DNA of 64,000 nt, from the NCBI GenBank assembly GCA_937864815.1, contig CALMJY010000171.1, positions 1,997 through 65,996 of the forward strand. The letters are read 5' to 3'. Numbering within the stretch: position 1 is the first letter of the stretch; the number at the start of each line of letters is the position of its first letter. Below, piece after piece: positions 9,314 to 18,815 of this stretch. The position numbers and the translations under genes were made by a program. Source of the DNA: an uncultured Bacteroidota bacterium (GTDB lineage: Bacteria > Bacteroidota > Bacteroidia > Bacteroidales > VadinHA17). A model generated the notes under the pieces. That model saw nothing but the letters and a program-made list of their open reading frames with translations. It ran no database searches and was not told where the DNA came from.

Positions 9314-11332
9314 GTGCTATACAAGGAAATTCCTTTCCTCCGGATTATTATACCTTTATATGCCGGAGTAATATCAGGTTTTTATCTTGATCCTGATAAT
9401 CAGGTGATCATTTTCATTTGTACCTTCTGTTTCGCTTTCTTATTAATTTCTGTTCCTTTTGATAAATCATTGACTAACAGCTTTTTTGGAATATCATTCT
9501 TCCTGGCTTTAGTTGTCACAGGATTTCTGCTATACAAATCAGAAAAGAAAAGCCTGTCAGTTCTGAAACCTGAAAAAACAGATTTTATATGTACTGTTTC
9601 GGATTTCCCTGAGAACAGGGAAAACAGCTTCAGGACAAGACTAAAATTCAATTCGATTATAAAGAAAGGGGAAAGTGTTTCTGTAAGCGGAAGCATAATG
9701 GTATATTTTAAAAAAGATACTTCAATTAATGTATTACTCCCCGGTGATATACTGAAAATAAGCTGCATTCCAACAGAAATAATCAACAGGGGTAATCCGT
9801 GTGAGTTTGATTACAGATTCTATATGGAGAACCAGGGGATACGATACATGGCATTTGCCGGTAAAGAGGATATAAAGGTTCACAAAGTTCCTGATAAGCG
9901 GGATTTCAGACATAAGGCACTGATCATCAGGGAGAGAATAATTGATATGTACAGAAACAGGGGCATCACGGGACGCAACCTTGCGCTTATTGCTGCCATG
10001 ACTGTCGGAGAAAAGGGTTTACTTGAACAGGATCAGAAAGAGATATTCGTTAAGGCTGGTATAATGCATATAATGGCAGTATCAGGCCTTCATGCAGTTG
10101 TTTTAAGCATGTTTGTCTTTAATCTGCTCTTTTTCCTGAAAGGAAGGTTCAATATATTAAGGATTATTGTTGCACTTCTGATACTGTGGTCATTTGCATT
10201 TGTAACCGGATTGACACCCTCTGTAATGAGGGCAACCCTTATGTTTTCGTTTATCCAGGCAGGTAATCTTTTAAAAAGACCTGCCAATTCAATGAATTCT
10301 GTGATGGCCTCGGCCTTTGTTCTTATAATTATCAGACCATCTGTACTTTTTGATGCAGGATTCCTCCTCTCCTACTCGGCTGTCATTTTTATTATCGCGT
10401 TTTACAGGGAACTCTGGTCCAAACTTAATTTTAAGAATTTTATTGCAGACAAAATCTGGCAATCAGCAGTTGTTACCATTGCAGCACAGGCTGGAACAAT
10501 GTCGCTGTCAGTAATGTTGTTTAACAGGTTTCCTGTATACTTTCTCGTTACCAATCTTATTATTGTTCCTCTGTCTTCATTGGTTATTATCACAGGAAGT
10601 CTGATCCCGCTTTTATATCCTGTTGTCTTTCTTTCAGAATTTTTTGCGCAGATCCTTAATTATCTGACGGTCCTTACTGAGTACCTTACTGAAAAAGCTG
10701 CCAGTCTGCCTGGCTCTACAATTGATCATATAGGAATGACCATTTCTGAATTCGTTATAATGACAGCAATAATTGCATGTATAATAACCGTGATTATAAG
10801 AAAGGAAATAAAGCCTGTAAATCTGCTTCTCTTTCTGATTCTGATTTATACAGCTTTTTCAGTGAACAAATTGATAAAAACAGGGAGATCAAACGAACTG
10901 ATTGTGTATAATGTCCCCGGTTCAACCATTACCGGTATAAGATCGGGCAGATCTATGTATCTATACTCTTCAGTGAATGAAATACCTTCCGAGGTTATAC
11001 GTCATTGTTCAACTTTGGGCATCAAAATCAAAAAAACGCAACATTTTCAGGATCCTGTTTGCCTGAAAGCCGGTAACAAAAAAATCCTTATAGCTGAAAA
11101 TATTGATGCGGATGTTTTTTCAACCACACAGCCTGAAATTATTATATTATCAGGTAAAAGACCCTTAATAAAAGATCTTTCAGCATCGGGAAAAATACCG
11201 GAAATGATAATTGCCTCTTCTGAAGTAAGTTCAGGTTTCAGATTACCTTCTTCAATTACGGCACAATTAAGACAACCGGTGCATTATGTAAGAAAATCAG
11301 GAGCATATTTATCAGGACTGATGCATAAATAA
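9314..11332 (+). CDS. comEC: ComEC/Rec2 family competence membrane protein
   Basis: A polytopic membrane protein with the competence-domain motif GIMHIMAVSGLHAV. The start is GTG. I see no HxHxDH metallo-beta-lactamase motif in the C-terminal part. Confidence 0.8.
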   Translation: MLYKEIPFLRIIIPLYAGVISGFYLDPDNQVIIFICTFCFAFLLISVPFDKSLTNSFFGISFFLALVVTGFLLYKSEKKSLSVLKPEKTDFICTVSDFPENRENSFRTRLKFNSIIKKGESVSVSGSIMVYFKKDTSINVLLPGDILKISCIPTEIINRGNPCEFDYRFYMENQGIRYMAFAGKEDIKVHKVPDKRDFRHKALIIRERIIDMYRNRGITGRNLALIAAMTVGEKGLLEQDQKEIFVKAGIMHIMAVSGLHAVVLSMFVFNLLFFLKGRFNILRIIVALLILWSFAFVTGLTPSVMRATLMFSFIQAGNLLKRPANSMNSVMASAFVLIIIRPSVLFDAGFLLSYSAVIFIIAFYRELWSKLNFKNFIADKIWQSAVVTIAAQAGTMSLSVMLFNRFPVYFLVTNLIIVPLSSLVIITGSLIPLLYPVVFLSEFFAQILNYLTVLTEYLTEKAASLPGSTIDHIGMTISEFVIMTAIIACIITVIIRKEIKPVNLLLFLILIYTAFSVNKLIKTGRSNELIVYNVPGSTITGIRSGRSMYLYSSVNEIPSEVIRHCSTLGIKIKKTQHFQDPVCLKAGNKKILIAENIDADVFSTTQPEIIILSGKRPLIKDLSASGKIPEMIIASSEVSSGFRLPSSITAQLRQPVHYVRKSGAYLSGLMHK

Positions 11333-11368
11333 AACGATTGGAAACGTGATTATTAATCAATTTAGTAG

Positions 11369-11376
11369 TAATTTTG
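11369..11376 (+). promoter_or_regulatory. candidate -7 box (TAATTTTG) upstream of trkA
   Basis: TAnnTTTG match 28 nt upstream of ATG 11404, with no clear -33. Confidence 0.3.
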
Positions 11377-11403
11377 TATGTTTTTTTCAATTATTGATTA
11401 ATA

Positions 11404-12744
11404 ATGAGAATAGTTATTGCAGGAGCTGGTGAAGTTGGAACGCATCTGGCAAAGATGCTCGCTAATGAAAACCATGAAATTGTAGTGATCGATCCGGAGG
11501 AGGTCAGGTTAAAGCCCATCGATTCCTCTCTCGACATACTGACTCACGAAGGTTCGGCTACTTCAGTAAGGCTGCTAAGGGACACACTTGTTAAAAAGAC
11601 CGATCTTTTTATAGCTGTTACCCATTCAGAGGATACAAACATAATCTCGGCCATAATGGCAAAAAGATTCGGTGCAATAAAGACTATTGCAAGGATCGAC
11701 AATCTTGATTTTTTTGAGTCATCCACACTTGACTTTTTTAAATCCATAGGGATTGACTCGCTTATATATCCTGAGCTTATTGCAGCCAGGGAAGTGCTGG
11801 GACTTCTCCATGAAACCGGAGCATCTGATTTTATGGAATTTTGCAACGGGAAACTTGCTATGTATGTACAGAAGCTTGAGGAAAATGCACCTATAATAAA
11901 TAAAAGTCTCCAGGAAATCGTCTCCACAAACAGGACTGACAAATACAGGGCAGTTGCCATAAAACGTGAAGGAAAAACTATTATTCCCAGAGGAAATGAA
12001 CACTTCCAGCTGGCAGATACTGTTTATGTGATTTCGACCCATGAAGGAATGGAGGAGATGATGAAGACCTCGGGGAAGAAAAATTTCGAGGCAAAGAATA
12101 TTATGATACTCGGAGGCAGCAGGATAGGAAAACATATTGCCCTGCACATGCAGAAATCGAGTGAAGTAAAACTTATTGATATTGACACAAGGAAATGTGA
12201 GGCACTGTCTGATATTCTTGACAACACTCTTATTATCAATGGAGACGGACGAAATGTAGAAGTACTTGAGCAGGAAGGAATAACAAAGATGGATGCTTTT
12301 GTGGCTGTTACAGGTAATTCTGAAACAAACATCCTTTCTTGTCTTCTGGCAAAAAAATATGGTGTAAAAAAGACCTTCGCAGAAGTTGAAAACATCGAAT
12401 ATATAAGTCTTGCTGAAAAATCTGGAATAGATACCATCATTAACAAAAAAATCTCAGCAGCCAGCAGGATTTTCCGTCATACTGTAAGCCCGATAATTAC
12501 ACAGGTAAAATATATGACAGGGACTGATGCTGAAGTTCTTGAAATTATTGTTTCTGAAAACTCAAAAATAACAAAAGGGACACTCCGAAGCATCGATTTC
12601 CCAAAGGATGCGATTATAGGAGGAGGGTTGAGAGACGGGGTTCCGTTTATAGCAACCGGTGATACCATTATCCATGCAAATGATAAGGTAGTGGTATTCA
12701 CACTTCCTACTGCATATGAGAAGCTGAATAAATTCTTCACCTGA
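11404..12744 (+). CDS. trkA: Trk potassium uptake protein TrkA (two RCK/NAD-binding domains)
   Basis: Two Rossmann motifs (IVIAGAGEVG and IMILGGSRIG), 446 aa, followed by trkH. Confidence 0.9.
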   Translation: MRIVIAGAGEVGTHLAKMLANENHEIVVIDPEEVRLKPIDSSLDILTHEGSATSVRLLRDTLVKKTDLFIAVTHSEDTNIISAIMAKRFGAIKTIARIDNLDFFESSTLDFFKSIGIDSLIYPELIAAREVLGLLHETGASDFMEFCNGKLAMYVQKLEENAPIINKSLQEIVSTNRTDKYRAVAIKREGKTIIPRGNEHFQLADTVYVISTHEGMEEMMKTSGKKNFEAKNIMILGGSRIGKHIALHMQKSSEVKLIDIDTRKCEALSDILDNTLIINGDGRNVEVLEQEGITKMDAFVAVTGNSETNILSCLLAKKYGVKKTFAEVENIEYISLAEKSGIDTIINKKISAASRIFRHTVSPIITQVKYMTGTDAEVLEIIVSENSKITKGTLRSIDFPKDAIIGGGLRDGVPFIATGDTIIHANDKVVVFTLPTAYEKLNKFFT

Positions 12745-12749
12745 ATTAT

Positions 12750-14198
12750 ATGGTCAATTTCAGGATAATTGCCAGAATACTAAGTCTGGTCTTGATAATT
12801 GAAGGTATCCTGATGTTAATATCTTCAGGTATATCAGTGATCCTGGAAGATGATAAGGCATCAGCGTTTCTGTATTCTGCCATTATCACAATAGTAACAG
12901 GTATTATTGCATTTAACCCTCTGAAACCTGATGAAAAGATTTATGGCAACCGTGAGGGTTACATTATAGTATCAGCAACATGGATACTATTCAGTCTTTT
13001 CGGATCATTACCATTTCTGTTCAGCGGAGCAATAGACAATTTTGCAGATGCTTTTTTTGAATCGATGTCAGGATTCACAACTACAGGTGCAACAATTCTA
13101 AGCGATCCCGGCTCGCTTCCACAGGGGATATTGCTTTGGCGAAGCCTCACTCAATGGATTGGCGGAATTGGAATCATCTTCATATCCCTTTCCATCTTCC
13201 CAATAATCAGGTCTGTAAATATCCAGTTATCTGCTACTGAGTTTTCAGGTCATCAGGCAGATAAGATTCAGCCAAGGTTTATTGAATCTGCAAAACGGCT
13301 CGTTTCAATATACTTTTTACTGACAGTAATTCAGGCAGGATTGCTTACTCTTGCTGGAATGCCGCTTTTTGATTCAGTGTGTCATTCATTATCCACACTT
13401 TCAACAGGAGGATTCTCGACAAACAGTTCCGGAATAGCTGCATTTGCAACTCCAGGAGTTAAAATAATATTAACCCTCTTCATGTTTATTGCAGGTATCA
13501 ACCTGCCAATTTTATATTTCGTCCTTAAGGGAAATTTCAGGAAGGTTGCAGTAAATAATGAACTGGGATTTTATGTTTTTCTTACAGTCATTTTTATTCT
13601 GATCAGTTCTGTTGTCCTCATTATCCATCAGGGATTCCTGCCGGGAAAAGCATTTTCGGACAGTGCGTTTCATATAGTTTCGGTAATTTCCACAACAGGC
13701 TATTACACCGGAGACTTCAGTCAGTGGGGACAAATAATGATAATGATTCTCTTCATACTTATGTTTACGGGAGGCACCTCAGGTTCAACAAGCGGAGGTA
13801 TTAAGATTCTGAGACTACTGCTAATAACTAAAAACTACAGGAAGGAGCTTCACAGGGTTATTCATCCGAATGCCTTAATACCGGTTCGTCTCGACGGTCA
13901 TAATGTAGGTCAGAATAATATCTATTATCTGCTGGTATTTATTACACTCTATTTTATTGTGGTATGTGCCAGCGCTTTTATAATTTCCCTCATGGGGTAC
14001 GATATAGTAACTTCATTCAGCACAGCCGCATCAATGCTTGCAAATATTGGACCCTCACTCAGTGAGTTTGGTCCTTTCTCAAATTATTCAGAGGTTCCGG
14101 TGGCAGGTAAATTCTTCCTTTCAGGATTAATGCTTATTGGCAGGCTTGAATTGCTGACTTTTATAATTCTCTTCAGCAAAAGTTTCTACAGAACCTGA
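12750..14198 (+). CDS. trkH: Trk-type potassium transporter membrane subunit TrkH
   Basis: Polytopic, with pore-loop motifs SGFTTTGAT and TGGFSTN, plus GGTSGSTSGGIK. Confidence 0.9.
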   Translation: MVNFRIIARILSLVLIIEGILMLISSGISVILEDDKASAFLYSAIITIVTGIIAFNPLKPDEKIYGNREGYIIVSATWILFSLFGSLPFLFSGAIDNFADAFFESMSGFTTTGATILSDPGSLPQGILLWRSLTQWIGGIGIIFISLSIFPIIRSVNIQLSATEFSGHQADKIQPRFIESAKRLVSIYFLLTVIQAGLLTLAGMPLFDSVCHSLSTLSTGGFSTNSSGIAAFATPGVKIILTLFMFIAGINLPILYFVLKGNFRKVAVNNELGFYVFLTVIFILISSVVLIIHQGFLPGKAFSDSAFHIVSVISTTGYYTGDFSQWGQIMIMILFILMFTGGTSGSTSGGIKILRLLLITKNYRKELHRVIHPNALIPVRLDGHNVGQNNIYYLLVFITLYFIVVCASAFIISLMGYDIVTSFSTAASMLANIGPSLSEFGPFSNYSEVPVAGKFFLSGLMLIGRLELLTFIILFSKSFYRT

Positions 14199-14206
14199 TT
14201 CTTTCT

Positions 14207-14821
14207 TCAAAACTCCAGTATTCCAAGTCCCTGGCGGACTATTTCAATCTCATCACCTGTGCAGTCGACAATAGTTGACGGTTCATTGTGGCCATATCCC
14301 CCGTCGATAACAGCATCGGCAAAATCACGGTATTTCTCATAAATCAGTTCCGGATCTGTAGTATATTCAATCAATTCATCCGGATCGTGTATGGAGGTGG
14401 TAATGATAGGACGTCCCAGCTCCCTTACAATTTCCATAACGATGTTATTATCCGGTATCCTTATACCAACAGTTTTCTTTTTATTCTTGAACATCCTGGG
14501 AATCTGATTGTTTGCAGGTACAATAAAGGTGAACGGACCGGGAAGATTTCTTTTAAGCAGCTTGAAAATATTATTGTTCCTTATAATGGTATATTCAGAT
14601 AACTGACTCATATCATGAAAGATAAGTGACAGGTCAGGATTTTTGGGGTTCAATCCTTTGAATGTTGCAATCCTGTCAATGGTCTTTGTAGCTTTAATAT
14701 CACAACCCATGGCATAAACGGTATCGGTAGGATATATAATGATGGCATCCTGTTCGAGCAAGTCCACCACTCTCCTTATCTGTTTATGATTGGGATTTTC
14801 GTTATAGACCTTTATGAGCAT
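14207..14821 (-). CDS. tsaC: L-threonylcarbamoyladenylate synthase (YrdC/Sua5 family)
   Basis: Motif IIYPTDTVYAMGCD. ATG 14821 is chosen because the 12-codon track extension (to 14857) runs through the SRP RNA 3' stem and terminator. Confidence 0.85.
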   Translation of the reverse strand: MLIKVYNENPNHKQIRRVVDLLEQDAIIIYPTDTVYAMGCDIKATKTIDRIATFKGLNPKNPDLSLIFHDMSQLSEYTIIRNNNIFKLLKRNLPGPFTFIVPANNQIPRMFKNKKKTVGIRIPDNNIVMEIVRELGRPIITTSIHDPDELIEYTTDPELIYEKYRDFADAVIDGGYGHNEPSTIVDCTGDEIEIVRQGLGILEF

Positions 14822-14834
14822 AGGTATTAAAAAA

Positions 14835-14933
14835 AGGGTAAGCTCCTCATATCGCACCGCTACAACTGCCTACCCTTGCTACCTTCCGATCCTGGGGGAG
14901 TTCAGCAGGAGCTGGTCGTATAAGACTTACCCT
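14835..14933 (-). ncRNA. ffs: signal recognition particle RNA (small 4.5S type)
   Basis: The minus strand reads ..CCCCCAGGAUCGGAAGGUAGCAAGGGUAGGCAG.., matching SRP domain IV (E. coli 4.5S has CAGGUCCGGAAGGAAGCAGCCAAGGCAG). The 5' AGGGUAAG pairs with 3' CUUACCCU, followed by U7. A canonical promoter sits just upstream. Confidence 0.8.
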
Positions 14934-14936
14934 CTG

Positions 14937-14967
14937 CAAAAGTACAACAAATAAAACATCCTGCAAA
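14937..14967 (-). promoter_or_regulatory. sigma-A promoter of SRP RNA (-33 TTTG, 19-nt spacer, -7 TACTTTTG)
   Basis: The minus strand reads TTTG-CAGGATGTTTTATTTGTTG-TACTTTTG-CAGAG-GGTAAG. Both boxes and the spacing match the Bacteroides consensus. Confidence 0.6.
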
Positions 14968-15015
14968 ATTATTGCCCCATTTTAACCCGGCACCTCGTAT
15001 TTATGTTTTTTACAC

Positions 15016-15023
15016 TATATTTG
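15016..15023 (+). promoter_or_regulatory. candidate -7 box (TATATTTG) upstream of DUF4199 gene
   Basis: TAnnTTTG match 41 nt upstream of ATG 15064. Confidence 0.3.
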
Positions 15024-15063
15024 TTTAACCAATAACATTTCAGAAAAATAAAATCAAAAAGTC

Positions 15064-15603
15064 ATGGAAGAAAAAGTCAGTGTTTGGAAAGCCAACTTAA
15101 CTAATGGTCTAATTCTTGGGCTCGTGGGAGTTGTATACACTCTTATTATGTATTTCCTCGATCTTACCTTCAATCAGGTTCAGCAGTATGTTTTTATCGT
15201 TGTTCAGATTGGCCTGATGTTTTTCCTTATGAAATCATACAGAGATAATTTCATGCACGGTCAGATAACTTATGGACAGTCAGTCGGAGCCGGTGTTATT
15301 ATAACTCTCTACAGTGCAATAATAGGTGCTATTTTCATCTATATCCTGTATACAGTAATTGATTCCGGGCTTACAGAAAAACAGCTTGCATTCGTTGAAG
15401 AGAAAATGCTCGAAAAGGGTGCACCACAGGAGGCTGTTGATGCCGGAATGGCTATCCAGAGAAAGATTATGAAACCAGAAATTTTGGCTCCTTTCAGTAT
15501 TCTGGGAAGTATGTTCTGGGGTACTATATTATCATTGATAATCAGTATATTCATCAAAAAGGAAGGTAATCCGCTGATTGACACACCTCCATCCCAGCAA
15601 TAG
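15064..15603 (+). CDS. DUF4199 family membrane protein
   Basis: A 179-aa protein with 4-5 TM segments. The N-terminus and layout are typical of the Bacteroidota DUF4199 family (assignment from memory). Confidence 0.6.
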   Translation: MEEKVSVWKANLTNGLILGLVGVVYTLIMYFLDLTFNQVQQYVFIVVQIGLMFFLMKSYRDNFMHGQITYGQSVGAGVIITLYSAIIGAIFIYILYTVIDSGLTEKQLAFVEEKMLEKGAPQEAVDAGMAIQRKIMKPEILAPFSILGSMFWGTILSLIISIFIKKEGNPLIDTPPSQQ

Positions 15604-15611
15604 ATTTAAAT

Positions 15612-16565
15612 ATGGATCTTTCTGTCGTCATTCCTGCATTTAATGAAGAGGAATCTGTTCAGGAACTTGCTGAATGGATACATAAGGTTTGCTCTTCAAA
15701 TAAATTCAGTTATGAGATTATATTCATAGATGATGGCAGTAACGATTCTACATGGCAGAAGATAGAAGCATTGGCAGCAAGTAATGGATCTGTAAAAGGT
15801 TACAGGTTCAGACGGAACTATGGCAAAGCAGCAGCTCTACACACCGGGTTCAGTATTGCTTCAGGAGATATTATAATTACAATGGACTCCGACCTTCAGG
15901 ATAGCCCTGAGGAGATCCCCGGACTGGTAAGCATGATTAGAAATGAGGACTTTGACATAGTATCCGGCTGGAAGAAGAAGAGGTACGATCCTTTTATCAA
16001 AAAAATCACCAGCAGGTTTTACAACCGGACGGCAAGGTGGGCTTCAGGAATCAAACTACATGACTTCAACTGCGGACTAAAGGCCTACAGAAATGAGGTT
16101 GTTAAGAGCATTGAAGTATTCGGGGAAATGCACAGGTATATTCCCATGCTTGCAAAAGAAGCAGGATTTAAAAAGATCGGCGAAAAGGTAGTTCAGCATC
16201 AGGCCAGAAAGTACGGTGTTACCAAATACGGTCTCGACAGATTCATAAAAGGCTATCTCGACCTGCTTACAATTGGATTTATTACCCGTTTCGGGAAGAA
16301 TCCGATGCACCTGTTCGGGTTTCTAGGTACACTCATGTTTTTCATTGGATTTGTCATGGCTGGCTACCTGGGAGTAAGAAAACTGATTTTTATCAACCAG
16401 GGACTTCGGGCACCGCTGGTAACCGATAGTCCCTATTTCTTTATTGCACTTACAGTGATGATTATAGGATCATTGCTTTTCCTTACAGGATTCCTTGGCG
16501 AGCTTATAAACAGAAATTCGTCTGAGAGGAATAACTATCTGATAAGGGATAAAGTAAATTTTTGA
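15612..16565 (+). CDS. family 2 glycosyltransferase (polyprenyl-phosphate sugar transferase type)
   Basis: Motifs VVIPAFNEEES, DDGSNDST and DxD (MDSDLQD), with two C-terminal TM helices as in GtrB/ArnC-like enzymes. Confidence 0.85.
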   Translation: MDLSVVIPAFNEEESVQELAEWIHKVCSSNKFSYEIIFIDDGSNDSTWQKIEALAASNGSVKGYRFRRNYGKAAALHTGFSIASGDIIITMDSDLQDSPEEIPGLVSMIRNEDFDIVSGWKKKRYDPFIKKITSRFYNRTARWASGIKLHDFNCGLKAYRNEVVKSIEVFGEMHRYIPMLAKEAGFKKIGEKVVQHQARKYGVTKYGLDRFIKGYLDLLTIGFITRFGKNPMHLFGFLGTLMFFIGFVMAGYLGVRKLIFINQGLRAPLVTDSPYFFIALTVMIIGSLLFLTGFLGELINRNSSERNNYLIRDKVNF

Positions 16566-16567
16566 CC

Positions 16568-17059
16568 TTATAATCCCGGCAGGCATTCCAGACTCTCTGC
16601 AGGAGATCCTTTCAGAAGCAACATGTTTCTGGGAGGAATCCCTGCCCGTCTGCCTGCTTCAAGATCACTTTGCTTATCACCGATCAGGACACATTCTTCA
16701 ATTTGCAGGTCAAAATCTCCAATTGCCCGGATAATCATCCCGGGTTCAGGTTTTCTGCAAGTGCATGGGCCTGTAAATTCAGGATGATGAGGACAATGAT
16801 ACACATTATCAATTTTAATCCCCTTTATCTCAAACTCCCTGATCACCCAATCCATAAGTACCCTGAAATCATTTTCATTATAATAACCTTTTGCAATGCC
16901 TGCCTGGTTGGTAATTATAATAATCAGATATTCAGCCTCAAGATATTTCCTGCAAAGATCAAAAATGCCGGGGGTGAATTCGAACTGATCAATGGTATGT
17001 ACATGTACCTTATCCACATTGACAACCCCGTCGCGATCGATGAAAAGAGCTTTTTTCAT
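16568..17059 (-). CDS. gmhB: D-glycero-D-manno-heptose 1,7-bisphosphate phosphatase
   Basis: HAD motif FIDRDGVVN, zinc-loop CPHHPE..CTCRKPEPGM. ATG 17059 (MKKALFIDRDG) is preferred to track start 17122. Confidence 0.85.
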   Translation of the reverse strand: MKKALFIDRDGVVNVDKVHVHTIDQFEFTPGIFDLCRKYLEAEYLIIIITNQAGIAKGYYNENDFRVLMDWVIREFEIKGIKIDNVYHCPHHPEFTGPCTCRKPEPGMIIRAIGDFDLQIEECVLIGDKQSDLEAGRRAGIPPRNMLLLKGSPAESLECLPGL

Positions 17060-17066
17060 AAAAATA

Positions 17067-17759
17067 TCAATGGGCCGTTTTAAGAATATCCCCTGCCCTT
17101 TTGTAGTCTTCGGGAATGCCAATATCGATAAAAGGTTTATCGGATACCATACACCTTATAATACCCGAACCTGCATACTTCTCAAGGACTTCCTTTTCAA
17201 CCGAAAACACTTCAGACAGGTTCAGTGAGTTGAAAAACTTCCTGTTAATTAAATAAATACCACCATTTATTAGTCCATCGGAACAGAACTTCTTTTCATT
17301 GAATTTCAGTATTTCATCTCCCCTGCACTCAACGCTTCCATATCGTGAGAAATCTTTCATTGGCTTAAGCGCAATTGAAAACTTACTGTTAATTTCCATG
17401 TGAAACCGATGAAATCTGTCAATCCGGACCGGGAACCAGGTATCTCCATTTATTACGAGAATATTATCGCCCGAACAGTTCTTCATTGCGTACTTTATTG
17501 CGCCTCCGGTACCCAGAGGAGCCTCTTCAACCACATATTCAATGCTGATACCGCAGAACGATTTTCCAAAGTATTCCACAATAGCCTCAGATTTATAACC
17601 AGTTGACATAATAATCTTTTCAACAGGGAAATCCTTCAGCCAGTTAAGTACATGAAAGAGGAATGGCTTTCCGTTAACCGGTGCCATGGGTTTTGGCACG
17701 TCCGACACTGCATAACGCAGCCGGGTTCCCATTCCTCCTGCCAGTACTATTGCTTCCAT
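17067..17759 (-). CDS. hddC: sugar-1-phosphate nucleotidyltransferase, likely D-glycero-alpha-D-manno-heptose-1-P guanylyltransferase
   Basis: N-terminal LAGGMGTRL..PKPM motif. It lies between the GHMP heptose kinase gene and gmhB. Confidence 0.7.
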   Translation of the reverse strand: MEAIVLAGGMGTRLRYAVSDVPKPMAPVNGKPFLFHVLNWLKDFPVEKIIMSTGYKSEAIVEYFGKSFCGISIEYVVEEAPLGTGGAIKYAMKNCSGDNILVINGDTWFPVRIDRFHRFHMEINSKFSIALKPMKDFSRYGSVECRGDEILKFNEKKFCSDGLINGGIYLINRKFFNSLNLSEVFSVEKEVLEKYAGSGIIRCMVSDKPFIDIGIPEDYKRAGDILKTAH

Positions 17760-17777
17760 TGTGGTTAAACAGGGAAT

Positions 17778-18815
17778 TTATTCGATATTATCAATTTTCC
17801 AGCTCTGGCAGCCATTATCGCTGAAATGAAAATTCAGTACTTTTCCGCTGAACTGATTCAAGGCATTAATAAGGTTCAGTTTTTTAACCGGATCAACTGT
17901 AAAAATCATGAAGCCTCCGCCGCCGGCTCCTGATACTTTACCCCCGTAAGCGCCTGCTTTAATTGCAGCATCATATATCCTATCAATATTCTTTGTAGTA
18001 ATTGAAGAGGCCATATTTTTCTTGTTCTCCCAGTCTTGGCCAAGAGCTTTGCAGAATTGTAAAATATCACCTTTGAGAAGAAGATCTTTCATTACAAAGG
18101 AGTTCTTTTTTATGTTATGAGTAGCCTCGACGTGCACTTTTTTACCCTCAAGCGTATTCTTTTGCTGTTCCCTTATGATCTTATCGGAAGATCTGGAAGC
18201 ACCTGTATAAAACAGCACCATGGATACTTCAAGTTCATCGATCATCCATCTTTTTATTCTGAGAGGATTAACAATAACCCTGTCATTATCATGAAATTCT
18301 ATAAAATTGAATCCACCAAATGTAGCAGCATACTGATCCTGCTTACCGCCACTGAGCCCAAGATCAACTCTTTCGATTTCATAAGCCAGCCGGGCAGTGT
18401 CGTAATCTCCCAGCGGAAGATCAAGCCATTCAGTAAATGCCTTTAAAATTGCAACCACCATAGTGGAGGATGTACCCAGCCCGCTACCCGGCGGTACATC
18501 ACATGAAGTGACAAGCCTGAATGACAGTTGCTTTTTGATCCTGAATTGTCTTACAATTCTGTTGTAAACTCCTTTGTGAAGGTCGAGGTGACCATCAAAA
18601 GGCAGCTCCGGCATGGATTTGTACCTGACCTTCTGATCCAGATCATTTGCCTGTAAAACAATTGAATTATTTCTGGTTTCCTCGATGGTGCAGTAAGCAT
18701 ACTGGTCTATAGTTGCGTTAAGTACAGCCCCTCCGAAAAGTTCAGAGTATGGTGAGACATCTGTGCCTCCACCCGCAAGTCCAAGTCGCAGGGGAGCTTT
18801 ACTTCTTATTATCAT
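17778..18815 (-). CDS. hddA: GHMP kinase, likely D-glycero-alpha-D-manno-heptose-7-phosphate kinase
   Basis: It has [13 protein letters not shown] and the GHMP motif [10 protein letters not shown]. The context is hddC-gmhB. Confidence 0.7.
   Translation of the reverse strand: MIIRSKAPLRLGLAGGGTDVSPYSELFGGAVLNATIDQYAYCTIEETRNNSIVLQANDLDQKVRYKSMPELPFDGHLDLHKGVYNRIVRQFRIKKQLSFRLVTSCDVPPGSGLGTSSTMVVAILKAFTEWLDLPLGDYDTARLAYEIERVDLGLSGGKQDQYAATFGGFNFIEFHDNDRVIVNPLRIKRWMIDELEVSMVLFYTGASRSSDKIIREQQKNTLEGKKVHVEATHNIKKNSFVMKDLLLKGDILQFCKALGQDWENKKNMASSITTKNIDRIYDAAIKAGAYGGKVSGAGGGGFMIFTVDPVKKLNLINALNQFSGKVLNFHFSDNGCQSWKIDNIE

Noticed and set aside
11544-12446. Three long antisense ORFs (138-142 aa) inside trkA. 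Similar cases occur at 4475..4939 (inside nifJ), 44304..44732 (DUF1537 gene start) and 56609..57163 (DUF1080 gene).
   Set aside because: Each is fully nested opposite a well-supported gene, has no recognisable motifs, and has the composition typical of shadow ORFs.
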